From: Planctomycetota bacterium
GTDB taxonomy: Bacteria; Planctomycetota; UBA11346
DNA length: 64,000 nucleotides
Assembly: GCA_038231435.1 (NCBI GenBank)
Contig: JBBRLJ010000026.1
Location: forward strand, 22,565 to 86,564
Direction of reading: 5' to 3'
The notes under the pieces were generated by a model that saw nothing but the letters and a program-made list of their open reading frames with translations, had not been told where the DNA came from and ran no database searches. Positions within the stretch are counted from its first letter, which is position 1. Every line of letters begins with the position of its first letter. This document shows, in pieces, positions 19,783 to 30,309 of the stretch. The translations under genes were made by a program, and so were the position numbers.

Positions 19783-21201
19783 ATGGATGCCTCGACGTAC
19801 GATCTGGTGGTCATCGGCGGCGGTCCCGCCGGCAACAGCGCGGCGCTGATCGCCGCGGCGTTCGGCAAGCGCGTGGCCCTGATCGAGATGGCGGCGGAAG
19901 TAGGCGGCGCCGGCATCAACACCGGCACCATCCCGAGCAAGACGCTGCGCGAGAACGCCCTGGTCATCGCCGGCGGACGCCAGCGCGCCCTGACCTGCAT
20001 CGAGATGCGGGTGAAACCGCAAGCGACGTTGGAGTCGCTCACCCAGCAGGTGAGCGGTGTCGAGCATTCGATGCGCAAGGAATGGGAATCGCGCCTCGAC
20101 CAGCGCGAGGTGACCGTCATGAAGGGCAAGGCGCGCTTCACCGACGACCACACCATCGAGGTCAGCGGAGCGTCGGGCGTCACCAGCGTGCGCGGCGAGA
20201 AGATCGTGGTCAGCACCGGTTCGTCTCCTGTCCGGCCGCCCGGGTTCGACTTCGCTCATCCGCGCATCCACGATTCGAATGAGATCCTGATGATCACCGA
20301 GCTGCCTCAGCGCCTGGCGGTGGTTGGCGCTGGCGTGATCGGCGCCGAATACGCCTGCACCTTTGCCACGCTCGGCGTCGAGGTGCATCTCATCGACGGT
20401 CGCGACGCGCTGATGCCGTTCCTCGACCGCGACATCTCCGGAGCGATCGCCGCTGGCATGGCCGCGGCCGGCATCCGTTTCCACTGGAAGGAGGTGGTGC
20501 TCAGCTGCACCACCTCGGCCGGCGGAGACATCGACATCGAGCTGTCCTCGGGCGCCAAGCTGCTGGTCACCGACGTGCTGGTGGCGGCGGGGCGCAGCAG
20601 CAACACCGACGGCCTCGGCCTGGAAGCCGCCGGCGTCGCGCTCGGCAAGCGCGGCCTGGTGCCGGTGAACACCTGGTACCAGACCGCGGTGCCGCACATC
20701 TACGCCGCCGGCGACGTGGTGGGCCCGCCTTCGCTGGCGGCGACCAGCATGGAGCAGGCACGCGTGGCGGTGTGCCACGCCTTCGGACTGATGAAGAAGG
20801 AGTTGCCGCCGCTCCTGCCCACCGGCATCTACACCATCCCCGAGGCGGGCACCATCGGCGCGACCGAGGAGGAGCTCATCGCCGCCGGCACGCCGTACGT
20901 CGTCGGCCGCGCCCCCTATCGCCTGAACCCGCGCGGGCGCATCATCGGCGACCACCACGGACTGCTGAAGCTGCTCTTCCACCGCGACAACAACCTGCTG
21001 CTCGGCGTCCACGTGGTCGGCGAGCAGGCCACCGAACTGGTGCACATCGGCATGATGGCGATGCTGTGCGGCTGCACCGACGACATCTTCGCCCGCGCCT
21101 GCTTCAACTACCCGACGCTCGGCGACCTCTACAAGTACGCCACCTACGACGCCTCGATGGCCCGCCGCGGCGACATCAAGCAGCTGACGCTGCCGGACTG
21201 A
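19783..21201 (+). CDS. sthA: Soluble (Si-specific) NAD(P)+ transhydrogenase
   Basis: FAD motif VIGGGPAG; GTIPSKTLRE without the redox CxxxxC; VGAGVIGAEYA; GIYTIPE; C-terminal FNYPTLGDLYKYA. Confidence 0.9.
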   Translation: MDASTYDLVVIGGGPAGNSAALIAAAFGKRVALIEMAAEVGGAGINTGTIPSKTLRENALVIAGGRQRALTCIEMRVKPQATLESLTQQVSGVEHSMRKEWESRLDQREVTVMKGKARFTDDHTIEVSGASGVTSVRGEKIVVSTGSSPVRPPGFDFAHPRIHDSNEILMITELPQRLAVVGAGVIGAEYACTFATLGVEVHLIDGRDALMPFLDRDISGAIAAGMAAAGIRFHWKEVVLSCTTSAGGDIDIELSSGAKLLVTDVLVAAGRSSNTDGLGLEAAGVALGKRGLVPVNTWYQTAVPHIYAAGDVVGPPSLAATSMEQARVAVCHAFGLMKKELPPLLPTGIYTIPEAGTIGATEEELIAAGTPYVVGRAPYRLNPRGRIIGDHHGLLKLLFHRDNNLLLGVHVVGEQATELVHIGMMAMLCGCTDDIFARACFNYPTLGDLYKYATYDASMARRGDIKQLTLPD

Positions 21202-21237
21202 TGCTGCCGGACGGAAGGCGGCGACCATGGCGCGCGT

Positions 21238-24200
21238 TCACAGCGCGCCGTCGTCGTACCAGCGGTCGCTGAGCAACGCGCGCGGGTGCCCGCGATGCGC
21301 GACCACGGTTCCGCAATGGCTGGCATAGGTGGAGACGAAATCGTCGAACACGCGGTCGAGCGCCAGACCGTGTCGGTTGGTATAGGTACGGAAGGCCAGG
21401 ATCCCCTCCGGAGTCAGCGCCAGGAGCCGACGGCCGACGACGTTGCCGCCCGCCTCTCGCGCCCATGCCACCGTCTTGTCGACGTCGATCGCGTTCGATA
21501 CCGCGCTCCAGGCGTTGATGCCGCGCAGCGACAGGCACGAGGCGAAGCCGTATTCGCCCATGAACAGGATCTCGAACGGATCGGATTCGACCGAGAGGGT
21601 CAGCGAGCCCTCGTAGTCCGAATCGGGCGTCTGCTCGGCGAGACGCACGCGCTCGAGGTTCATCTGCACCTCCTGCATCAGCTCCGGATCCGGCGGCTGC
21701 CTGGGTCGGCGCGCGCCTGCCGCATCCTCATCCGGGGTTTCCTCTCGCGCTGGAATCCCAGCCGCCAGCGCGGCGAAGGCCGCGGCCAGCTCCTCGTAGT
21801 CCTCAGCGGCGAGGCCTTCGGCTCCGGCACGCTCGAGCAGCGCGCGCGTCTGGGCGAGATCGGCCTTGATGCGCCGACGCTTCTCGGCCTGCGAATCCTT
21901 GGCGCGGTACTGCACCTGCTTGCTGAACGGGGCGCGCCAGCGCTCGAGCGTGATCCCTGGCCGCGCCTCGCGCACGCGTGTCGCCCAGGCCAGCGCCGCG
22001 GGCTCGTCGCGCAGCCAGGCGTGCTCGCGGCCGGCGATGCGGTCCTCGATCAGGCGGCGCAGCCAGCGGGTGTTCTCGGGCAGGTTGCCGATCGCCTGGA
22101 ACCACAGGAACGCGGGAAGGATCTTCGCCTCGACCCGCTCGATGTCGACGTCGCGCCCGAGCACGTCGCGGACGCGGTTGCGATAGAGCACCATGCGCGA
22201 GCGCTCGACCGCCGCGACCGCGATCGCCGTCGCCTCGGCGCGCAGCGAGTCGCGCAGCGTCTTGGCGAGGTCCTTCTTCTCGCGCTTGAGCAGCGCCCGC
22301 GCATCCGATGACAGCGCCGCGGCCGCGCCGTCCCCGGGATCGGCGAGCGCGAGCCGATACGCCGGATCCGACCAGCACGCGAGCTGCCGGCGCAGCGATG
22401 CCAGCCGCTCCTCGAGCCCACGGCGCTTGCCCGGGTCGGAGGCCGCGATGCGGGCGGCGATCACCGAGGCTTCGCCATCGGCAGCGGCGGCGCGCGCGGC
22501 GAAGGCCTCGAGCGGCCCCGGCTTGGTCGGCGCGTCGAAGCGCCGACGCAGCTCGGCGACCAGGCTGTGCAGTCCGGACAACTCGGCGTCGGCGGACAGG
22601 AACCCCACGCTGGGCGGAAAGGGGTGATCCGGCGGATGACCGATGTCGAACTTGCGCAGGAACTCCTCGTGCTCGGCTCCGGTCGCGCACAGGTAGTGCA
22701 GTTGGAAGGCGCCTTCGAGGTAGCTCTCCGCCGAGGCCGTCGACACCGCGTCGTCGCCAGAACTGTCGATGATGAACATCAGGAAGTCCCAGATCGGCGA
22801 GAACTTCTCGGACTCCTCTCCGTCGGCGCCACGGCGATGCGGCGGGATCTTCCGCCACAGCACCACCGTGGCCGCGTAGCGCAGCGCCTCGAGCAGCACC
22901 TGGCGGCGCGCGCGCAGCTTCTGCCTGAACATGATCGCCATCAGCGCGCGAGCGCGGCGCGAGCCCACGCGCGGCGGTTCGCGCAGTGCCTGCTCGAGGC
23001 CCGAGCGGATGTGCGCCGCTTCCGAGATCGCGATCAGCGACTCCATCTCCTCGGCGCGCACGAACGAGCGGTTCACCGGCTCAAGCGCCAGGCATTCGAA
23101 GAGCGCGAGCGTGCACTCGCGGGTGAATTCCGGCCGCAGGCCGAGCAGTGTCTTGAAGAAGCCGAAGGCGAAGTTGGTGGCGTGGGGGATGTTGCGCAGC
23201 GCCGCGTCGACCTCGGAAACGCCGATGAGCTCGGGGCGCTCCTTCGCGCAGCGGTGGAGGAAGTCGTAGGCGCCGTACGCGTCGGCCGCGAATCCGGCGC
23301 ACAGCGCTTGGACGACATCCGGCCGCACCAGGGCGATGGCATCGTGCTGGAACGAGTACTTCACGCTGTGGATGCCCGGTTTCGGAAAGCGCAGGACCAA
23401 CGCCACATAGCGATCGAAGAGAGCGCGCGCACGCTGCGGATGCACGTCGATCAGGCGCCTGAGGATGGTCAGCAAGGTTCCCGGCTCCGTCACAGCCAGC
23501 GCGCCGAGCGCATCGAGCATCGCGTCGTCGAAGAGCTCGGGACGCGCGTGCGCCGCGCCGGCGAAGAACTTCCAGCCAGCCTCGGGCGCTGCCGGCAGGT
23601 GCGCTCGCACCGCCGCCACCAGCTCGGGCACCTGCAGCGCCCCCTGATCCGCCGCGACCGCCGCGATGGCCTCGAGCGAGGCGGCGGGATGCTCGGCGAC
23701 GACACGCAGCACCGAGGCGATCAGCACCGACGCTTCATCCGGGCGATGCCCGGCGAGGCTCAGCAGCGCCACACCGTGGCTCTTCGGCGCCGCCGTGCGA
23801 TGCCGCTCCATCCAGGCGAGATGCTCGGAAAGGATCAATGCAGGCCGGTACATCGCCGCCGATTCGCAGATGCCCCAGGCCCCCTCCGGCGAGCTCGCGC
23901 CATGCTCGGCCACCGCGGCGAGCCAGCTCGCATCGAGCAGCGCGCAGTATTCGTGGAGGTTGTAGCCGGCGGTGTCCAGCGCGGGGGCGGTGAACCGGGG
24001 CAGCAGCGCGAGATAGCGCCCGACCAACGCTTCGCGCCGCTCGGCATCCTTGGCGGCGACGTCCAGCAGCAGTGCGAAGAAGCTCGCCGGCGCCTCGGCC
24101 ATGCGGCGCTGCAGGGCTTCCAGCGTATCGTCGTCGACCAGGTACGGCCGGACACGGGCGTTGTCGCGGATCCGGTTCCAGCCCTCGCCGCCCGACCGGT

Positions 24201-24291
24201 CCAGGTACTCGTCGAGCGTCGACACGGCGGCGTCTCCGCGGCGCCCATGGCGATCGGACTGCAGGATCTGGAGCAGGAACGCGTCCGCCAT
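21238..24291 (-). CDS. Large alpha-helical (HEAT/ARM-like) protein with distinct C-terminal alpha/beta domain, function unknown
   Basis: 1017-aa ORF with host codon usage; recurring HP/RP(E/D)L helical units; C-terminal DPFEILFMGEYGFASCLS...NAIDVDK...GRRLLAL...WYDDG. Confidence 0.8.
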   Translation of the reverse strand: MADAFLLQILQSDRHGRRGDAAVSTLDEYLDRSGGEGWNRIRDNARVRPYLVDDDTLEALQRRMAEAPASFFALLLDVAAKDAERREALVGRYLALLPRFTAPALDTAGYNLHEYCALLDASWLAAVAEHGASSPEGAWGICESAAMYRPALILSEHLAWMERHRTAAPKSHGVALLSLAGHRPDEASVLIASVLRVVAEHPAASLEAIAAVAADQGALQVPELVAAVRAHLPAAPEAGWKFFAGAAHARPELFDDAMLDALGALAVTEPGTLLTILRRLIDVHPQRARALFDRYVALVLRFPKPGIHSVKYSFQHDAIALVRPDVVQALCAGFAADAYGAYDFLHRCAKERPELIGVSEVDAALRNIPHATNFAFGFFKTLLGLRPEFTRECTLALFECLALEPVNRSFVRAEEMESLIAISEAAHIRSGLEQALREPPRVGSRRARALMAIMFRQKLRARRQVLLEALRYAATVVLWRKIPPHRRGADGEESEKFSPIWDFLMFIIDSSGDDAVSTASAESYLEGAFQLHYLCATGAEHEEFLRKFDIGHPPDHPFPPSVGFLSADAELSGLHSLVAELRRRFDAPTKPGPLEAFAARAAAADGEASVIAARIAASDPGKRRGLEERLASLRRQLACWSDPAYRLALADPGDGAAAALSSDARALLKREKKDLAKTLRDSLRAEATAIAVAAVERSRMVLYRNRVRDVLGRDVDIERVEAKILPAFLWFQAIGNLPENTRWLRRLIEDRIAGREHAWLRDEPAALAWATRVREARPGITLERWRAPFSKQVQYRAKDSQAEKRRRIKADLAQTRALLERAGAEGLAAEDYEELAAAFAALAAGIPAREETPDEDAAGARRPRQPPDPELMQEVQMNLERVRLAEQTPDSDYEGSLTLSVESDPFEILFMGEYGFASCLSLRGINAWSAVSNAIDVDKTVAWAREAGGNVVGRRLLALTPEGILAFRTYTNRHGLALDRVFDDFVSTYASHCGTVVAHRGHPRALLSDRWYDDGAL

Positions 24292-24453
24292 GGCTCGGGA
24301 TCGTCGCTGGAATCCACCGCCATGCCATCGTCAGGCCGCGGGCATGGGCGTCCGTCGTGCGTCGTCCCACGGACGACGCAGGATTTCTTCCCCACCTTGC
24401 GCCCCAATCCACCGCGCGATGCTCGGCGCGCGGAGCGCTGTCCGCTGGAGCCC

Positions 24454-24906
24454 ATGCCGACGATCTACATCGACGCCGACGCCTGCCCGGTGAAGGACGA
24501 GACCTATCGCATCGCCAAGCGCCATGGCCTGGTGGTGATCGTGGTCGCGAACTCGTGGATGAACATGCCCAACGACACCCAGGTGCGCCTCGAAGTGGTG
24601 GGCGACGGCTTCGACGCCGCCGATGACTGGATCGCCGAGCGCTCCGGCCGCGCCGACATCGTCATCACCGAGGACATCCCTCTGGCCGCGCGCTGCATCG
24701 CCGCGGGCGCGCGGGTACTCACCGGACGAGGTGTGATCCATGACGAGAGCTCGATCGGAAGCGCGCTGGCGACCCGCGAGCTGATGCAGTACTTGCGCGA
24801 CGCCGGGACCATGAAGGGCGGGCAGAAGCCGATGCAGGATCGCGATCGGGCGCTCTATGCGCGTGAGCTGGAGCGGCTGGTCAACGAGGTGAAGCGCGCG
24901 GGCTGA
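24454..24906 (+). CDS. yaiI: YaiI/YqxD (DUF188) family protein
   Basis: IYIDADACPVK, FDAADDWI, VITEDIPLA. GGAG before ATG 24454. Confidence 0.9.
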   Translation: MPTIYIDADACPVKDETYRIAKRHGLVVIVVANSWMNMPNDTQVRLEVVGDGFDAADDWIAERSGRADIVITEDIPLAARCIAAGARVLTGRGVIHDESSIGSALATRELMQYLRDAGTMKGGQKPMQDRDRALYARELERLVNEVKRAG

Positions 24907-24968
24907 CTGCCGCGCGCTTCAGCTTATTGAATCTCTTGGACGAGCCGATCCGCGCGCCAAGGACGGGC

Positions 24969-25601
24969 TCACGGCGGAGCGGTGATCCATTCGCCGGTGC
25001 CGTCGATCGTGCTCAGGCTGCGGCGGGTGAATTCCTTGCCGTCGGCGGTGTATTCGAAGACCAGATCGTTGCGGTAGGCCGGATCGGGGGTGCCGGCGTC
25101 GCTGCGGATGCGCACGGTGGTGGTGTAGCTGCGCGTCGAGCCGGGCACCGTGAGATTGCGCACCTGCCACAGGAAGGGTCGGTGCCAGGCGTCCATCGGA
25201 TGGGTCGCGACGTCGGGGAGCGCAGGCGAGAACGGCCCGGTGCCCAGGCCGCTGCTGTCGCGCAGCAGCTGCCTGCCCGAGAACTCGATGTAGGCCGGCT
25301 TGCCATTCGCGACCGGGATGCGGTAGAGGTGCAGCCACGGATCGCGCGCGAACTCGGTCTGGTCGGCGGCGTCGCCCAGGCTCGCGTAGTCGCCCAGGTA
25401 CGCCGATACCGCGACGCCGAGATGCAGCATCAGATCCCAGGTGGCGACCTTGCGCTGCTGTTCGCGCAGCATCGCCAGGGCGGGGAGCAGCAGGCCGGCG
25501 AGCGCCGCGATGACGCTGATCACCACCAGCAGCTCGAGGATCGAGAAGCCACGGCGGGAGCGATTCCGGCCATGATGTCCGGGAGCGGCACGCATGGTCA
25601 T
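24969..25601 (-). CDS. Prepilin-type N-methylation protein (GspG/PilE-like), gene 8 of cassette
   Basis: RRG|FSILELLVVISVIAAL; PMDAWHRPF. ATGA overlap with upstream stop. Confidence 0.85.
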   Translation of the reverse strand: MTMRAAPGHHGRNRSRRGFSILELLVVISVIAALAGLLLPALAMLREQQRKVATWDLMLHLGVAVSAYLGDYASLGDAADQTEFARDPWLHLYRIPVANGKPAYIEFSGRQLLRDSSGLGTGPFSPALPDVATHPMDAWHRPFLWQVRNLTVPGSTRSYTTTVRIRSDAGTPDPAYRNDLVFEYTADGKEFTRRSLSTIDGTGEWITAPP

Positions 25602-26665
25602 TTCACCTCGATGGGCGCGGACATCAGGCCGATGGCCTTGCGCGATGGGGAGACCCGCGAGATGCCCTTGCGCACCCCCGACCACGGCGCGGTCTTCACC
25701 GCGTTCTCGTCCCACAGGTATTTCGGTTCCGATGGCGGCATGCAGATCGCGGTGGTCTGTTCCCACATCGCTGTGAGCGTGGGGTACCACTGCCCGACCA
25801 CGTTGCTCGCGTCCGGCGGCACCTTGCCGCCGGGGATCTTGACATCGTCGAGCGCCGGACCGGCCGAGGCGGCGACGATGTAGGTGGAGCGGTTGTACTG
25901 GTACATCTCGGCGGCCTGCTGCAGGTAGTGGTCGTTGGCGAAGCGCTTGCGGCCGTCGGAGAGCGTGTCGGCGCGGTTGCATTCGGGCGGCTGGAACAGC
26001 GCGTAGGACATCAGCAACGGATTGCCCCAGGCATCGTTCCACGGCCGCTTGGTCGAGCGGTCGGTATAATAGGTGGTGACGTCGGTGATGATGCCGGCGA
26101 CCTTGAGGATCTCGGCCGACTTGCGCGGCCAGAACTCGGCCAGGTTGTGCTTCTCGGGCACTCGCCAGGCGGCGGCATCCGCGACGGTGACGCTCGGATC
26201 CGGCAACGTCAGCGGACCGGCGTACCACGGCTCGTGGATCTCGTACAGGCGCGGCTGGCCCCAGGGATAGGCCATCACCAGCGGCGCGCCGGGGCTGGGC
26301 ACGACGATCACCGGATTGCCGGAGCCGGTGGCGGTGGTCTTCGGATAGCAGTCGTGCCACAGCGTACCGACCGGATCGGGCATGACGGTGGGAGTATTGG
26401 CGACGATCCGGCGCACGAAGGTCTGGGTTCCCGCGAGGCCCGCATCGCGCTGCAGCGACGGCGTGGCGAGGTTTCCCGAGCCCTGCCCGAGTTGCGCGAC
26501 CGCCTGCAGCGCGCCCTCGATGCGGCTGATGGTCAGGATCACCTGCGCACGTTCGCGCGCGGCGATCAAGGCGCCGAGGATGAGCCCGGCGAGGATCGCG
26601 ATGATCGAGAGCACGATCACGATCTCGACCAATGTGAAGCCGCGCCTGGTCGCTGCGGATCTCAT
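25598..26665 (-). CDS. Prepilin-type N-methylation protein, gene 7 of cassette
   Basis: RRG|FTLVEIVIVLSIIAIL; NDAWGNPL; SAGP. Confidence 0.9.
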   Translation of the reverse strand: MRSAATRRGFTLVEIVIVLSIIAILAGLILGALIAARERAQVILTISRIEGALQAVAQLGQGSGNLATPSLQRDAGLAGTQTFVRRIVANTPTVMPDPVGTLWHDCYPKTTATGSGNPVIVVPSPGAPLVMAYPWGQPRLYEIHEPWYAGPLTLPDPSVTVADAAAWRVPEKHNLAEFWPRKSAEILKVAGIITDVTTYYTDRSTKRPWNDAWGNPLLMSYALFQPPECNRADTLSDGRKRFANDHYLQQAAEMYQYNRSTYIVAASAGPALDDVKIPGGKVPPDASNVVGQWYPTLTAMWEQTTAICMPPSEPKYLWDENAVKTAPWSGVRKGISRVSPSRKAIGLMSAPIEVK

Positions 26666-27645
26666 TTGAGGTCCCCGCCAGCGACCAGCTGGACGTTGTC
26701 GTGGCCCGCGTCGAGATCGTCACCGGAAAACGTGGTGGCGTCGGCGGCGGTCTCGATCGTGGCGTTGTGGCCGGGATTGACCCGGAAGAAGCCGTCGGGC
26801 CCCGAGCTGGTCAGGCAGATCACGCCGTTGCCGGTCAGGCTGTAGAGGATCTCGCGGCCCCAGGCGTCGTAGATGGCGATGCCGCGCAGGCGGTAGCCGC
26901 TGCGGCTGCTGGTGTCGGGGTTGGTGAATGTCGAGCCCTTCCATGCCGAGGAGGCGCCGGCGGCCTCGGGTGGGATCCACACCCGGCCGCCGGCTCCGGA
27001 CACGCCCTTTGATTCGTCGGCCTCGCTCAGCGCACCGAGCTTCTGCAATTCGGTGAGGGCGTTGCCGCGATTGAGGGCGAACTGCACGGCCTGCGATGAA
27101 TCACCAGGCGTGGCCAACGACGACACCAGGCAGTCGAGGTTGGGATAGGCGACGATGTCGTCGGGATTGGCGATCACCGCCGTCGCGACCGACGGCAGCG
27201 GCAGGCGGCGGTACTTCTGCACCTCCTTGAGTGAGGCGCCGAGCACGCCGAGATCGCTGCGGCGCACGCCGAACAGCGCCGGCACGCGCGGATCCGCGAA
27301 ACGATCGTCGGGCAGCATCAGGCGCGGCTGGAACGCGGCGGGCAGGTTCACGGCTGGCACGCCGGTGAGCGCCAGGCCGGCGGTGGCCAGGGCGGTGGCG
27401 CCGCGCGTGAAGATGAAGCGCGGCTCGGCGCTGCCGGCGAGCGGGTGCTCGGCCGGGGCTAGCGCGCCGCCGCGCTCCATGCGCTGCAGCTCGAGGCCCT
27501 GCAGCACGATGGTGAGGATCGCCGAGGTCTTCTGCGACTTGGCGTTCTTCATCATCGCGCTGGAGCCGATGATCATCATGCCCGTGAGCAGGCTGATGAT
27601 GGTGATCACGACCAGGACCTCGATCAGCGTGAAGGCGTGGCGCAT
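26662..27645 (-). CDS. Prepilin-type N-methylation protein, gene 6 of cassette
   Basis: MRHA|FTLIEVLVVITII; YDAWGREILY...SSGPDG. TGATG overlap. Confidence 0.88.
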   Translation of the reverse strand: MRHAFTLIEVLVVITIISLLTGMMIIGSSAMMKNAKSQKTSAILTIVLQGLELQRMERGGALAPAEHPLAGSAEPRFIFTRGATALATAGLALTGVPAVNLPAAFQPRLMLPDDRFADPRVPALFGVRRSDLGVLGASLKEVQKYRRLPLPSVATAVIANPDDIVAYPNLDCLVSSLATPGDSSQAVQFALNRGNALTELQKLGALSEADESKGVSGAGGRVWIPPEAAGASSAWKGSTFTNPDTSSRSGYRLRGIAIYDAWGREILYSLTGNGVICLTSSGPDGFFRVNPGHNATIETAADATTFSGDDLDAGHDNVQLVAGGDLK

Positions 27646-28874
27646 CACCAGTTCCCCGGGGATTTCAGCAGGCGTTGGATGTAGCGGATGGTGCCGCCGT
27701 AGTTGCGCGGTTCGGGAGTGGAGAGGCCATCGCAATAGATGTCCTGGCCCCAGGTGCGCGAATAGTTGATCGGCACGCCGGTGGTCCAGGTGTCGTTGGG
27801 CTGGCGGCCGATGCTCATCTTGCCCGGGTCGGGCGGGAATGGCCCGGGATTGTTCTCGTCGATCTTGGCGAAGTACGGGATGTAGTGGTCGAGCTCGCCG
27901 CCGCCCACCGCGGGGCTCCATTCGACGCGGTACCAGCGCCGCAGCTCGCCGGCCTGGAGGATCTCGAAGAGGCCCTGGCTGTTGGCGAACAAGTCGGTGG
28001 CGGTCTCGCTCACTACCTCGGCCCAGTCTTTGAAGCCCATCGTGCCGCCAGCGCCGGTGGTGACGATGAAGGTGGCTCCGGCTGGCCCGGCGTTCGCGGG
28101 CCGATCGCTCTCGTCGCCGTATTCGCGGTAGAGGCGGAACCACGCCAGGCCGTTCGACCCGGGCACGTCGCCCGCGTCGCCCTTTGCCCACATCGCACGC
28201 TGGTCGGCGACCGTCGGGCTGCCGATCACGTACGGAGGCGCGCTGTCATCGGTGACCGGCTTGGGATCGACGTTGACCAGGAACGGGATGCCGAAGGTCT
28301 CGGGCACCGCCGGGTCGGTGGGGATCGGATTCTGGCACATGCGTTGCTCGACCGCGAATGGCGGACGCTTCCAGCGGTACATCGGCGCGCGTATGTGCGT
28401 GCGCCGCGCCGGCCAAGTTCCCGCGGTCCACAGCTTGGCGCCGGTCTTGTCGCGCGGCCCGAGCAGGTACGGGGCGCCGCGGGTGCCAGGCGTGATGTCG
28501 GCGGCTTGGCCGATCTCGGCGGGATCGCGGGGATCGATCCAGCCCCAGGCTTCGCGCGGATCCAGGCAGGAGCCGTCGGCATTCATCTTGGCGTAGCCGA
28601 GGCGCGAGGCCTCGCACAGATAGGCCATGGCGGCGTGGAGCATGACCCGGCACTGCACGGTGCGCAGCAGCACGTCGGCCTGCTGGGCCTCGCCGCGCAT
28701 GCGCACCAGGAAGGCGACCGCGAGCATGACGATCATGCACACCATGCCCGCGACCAGCAGCAGCAGCGCGCCGCGCCTGGTTGGCGATGGCGATGGCGAT
28801 CCCATTGCCGATGGCCGACGTGGCAGGATCACGTGGACGGTCGCTGCGCGCTCGGGCATGGTCGTGTCATCCAT
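27645..28874 (-). CDS. GspK/PilX-like atypical pilin (no Glu5), gene 5 of cassette
   Basis: RRG|ALLLLVAGMVCMIVMLAVAF hydrophobic helix lacking E5; lies after the J/PilW-like gene. Start uncertain. Confidence 0.75.
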   Translation of the reverse strand: MDDTTMPERAATVHVILPRRPSAMGSPSPSPTRRGALLLLVAGMVCMIVMLAVAFLVRMRGEAQQADVLLRTVQCRVMLHAAMAYLCEASRLGYAKMNADGSCLDPREAWGWIDPRDPAEIGQAADITPGTRGAPYLLGPRDKTGAKLWTAGTWPARRTHIRAPMYRWKRPPFAVEQRMCQNPIPTDPAVPETFGIPFLVNVDPKPVTDDSAPPYVIGSPTVADQRAMWAKGDAGDVPGSNGLAWFRLYREYGDESDRPANAGPAGATFIVTTGAGGTMGFKDWAEVVSETATDLFANSQGLFEILQAGELRRWYRVEWSPAVGGGELDHYIPYFAKIDENNPGPFPPDPGKMSIGRQPNDTWTTGVPINYSRTWGQDIYCDGLSTPEPRNYGGTIRYIQRLLKSPGNW

Positions 28875-30309
28875 CGAGATTCGGCCGGCCGGGGGTCCAC
28901 CAGAAATCGGTGGATGCGCTCGGACTCAGGGTGCGCTGGAGCCGGGCTCCGCGCAGGGTGGTGCCGAGCGCCGGAAAATTCACCTGGATCATGCGTCCGC
29001 TGATCGGATCCACCTGGCGCACGTAGACCATGTTGTAGAAGCCGTCCCAGGTCGCGAGGCGCCGCACGTCCACCGTCACCGCCGGCCAGTGCGTGGGCTT
29101 CTGGCTGAGCAGCGGCTGTTCGAGCGACAGGTCGCTCGACATGATGGTCAGGGTGTCGTTGTAGACGTCGTTGTTGCTGGTGCTCGGCCCGTTGCCAGAG
29201 GTGCCGACATCCATGGTGCCCATCTCGCGGTTCATGCGGCAGGCGGCGGTCTGCTCGGCGGGAGTCGCGCCGGCGGCGGGCCCGGTGACGCCGGTGTGCC
29301 GCGTGTACATGAAGATCGGCCGCGACACCGGGCGTTCGAGCTGGCAGGTGAGCAGCTGCTGCTCCCAGTTGGTGATGATGCGCATCTGGCCGTGGTCAGC
29401 GCGGCTCGGATCGCGGTAGGATGTCGCGCTGTCGCGGTACCACACCTTGCGCAGCTCGAGCAGCTTCACCGAATGCGCCTGCTTGTCGCTCCAGGTGTTG
29501 TACGGCCCGTCGTAGACCTGGTAGGCGTCGACGATCGCGTTCGCCGGCAGGTAGCTCAGCCAGCCGAAGAAGCCGAGGCCGTAGTCCAGCCCGCGCTGCT
29601 GCTGCGGCAGCCACTGGCGCGGGTATGGATCCGCCGGATCGGGCGCCTTCTGCAGAAAAACCGTGGGCCGCGGATCCGCGGCGGGGCCGGTCGACTGGAA
29701 GATCGCGTAATTGCCGTAGGGCGAGATGTCGGTGAGCGAGGAGATCCAGTTGTCGCGGTACTGCGCCCACGGATCCGCTCCGGACCAGTTGTCGCCGATG
29801 CAGAAGTTGGCCGGGTCGCCGCGGTACCAGGTGCGCGGATCGTTCGCCAGCCACAGGAAGTCGTACTGGCCGGCGCCGTCGTTCTGCACCGCGGTCGCAC
29901 CGCTCTTCGGCCACGAGGCGTTGAATGGCGTGAATGGCTGGCCGAGCTGGTTCCAGTCGCTGCCGTCCGCCGCATAGCTGCCGTCCGGGGTCAGCACCTT
30001 GGTCGGGGTGGTGCGCAGCGGCGTGTGGCCGTTGCGGTCGAGGTCGGTCCAGAAATCGACCATGTCGAGGCCGCGCAGCATGCCGCCGACCAGCAGGCGG
30101 TTCTCGACGCTCAGGCGCTCGGTGATGACCATCGACTGGGTGGCGACGCGGAAACCCGCGTAGACCATGCCGATGATCACCAGGCTGAGGGTGAGCGAGA
30201 TCAGCATCTCGACGATGGTGAAGCCGCGTGCGCGCGGGCTCAGGCGGGGATCGGCATCCGCCAGCCGGGCGAGGGTCGGCGACAGTGACGATGGGCGCGA
30301 GCGGCTCAT
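28867..30309 (-). CDS. GspJ/PilW-like prepilin protein, gene 4 of cassette
   Basis: RARG|FTIVEMLISLTLSLVIIGMVYAGF; 480 aa. ATGA overlap at 30306-30309. Confidence 0.85.
   Translation of the reverse strand: MSRSRPSSLSPTLARLADADPRLSPRARGFTIVEMLISLTLSLVIIGMVYAGFRVATQSMVITERLSVENRLLVGGMLRGLDMVDFWTDLDRNGHTPLRTTPTKVLTPDGSYAADGSDWNQLGQPFTPFNASWPKSGATAVQNDGAGQYDFLWLANDPRTWYRGDPANFCIGDNWSGADPWAQYRDNWISSLTDISPYGNYAIFQSTGPAADPRPTVFLQKAPDPADPYPRQWLPQQQRGLDYGLGFFGWLSYLPANAIVDAYQVYDGPYNTWSDKQAHSVKLLELRKVWYRDSATSYRDPSRADHGQMRIITNWEQQLLTCQLERPVSRPIFMYTRHTGVTGPAAGATPAEQTAACRMNREMGTMDVGTSGNGPSTSNNDVYNDTLTIMSSDLSLEQPLLSQKPTHWPAVTVDVRRLATWDGFYNMVYVRQVDPISGRMIQVNFPALGTTLRGARLQRTLSPSASTDFWWTPGRPNLDG

Noticed and set aside
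19783..21201. Dihydrolipoamide dehydrogenase or inactive pseudogene (no CxxxxC)
   Set aside because: Lack of the redox disulfide together with FNYPT is the normal SthA signature.
22567..24453. 779-aa plus-strand ORF appearing as a long YaiI fusion
   Set aside because: The N-terminal part is the antisense shadow of the 1017-aa gene. YaiI has its own RBS and ATG at 24454.
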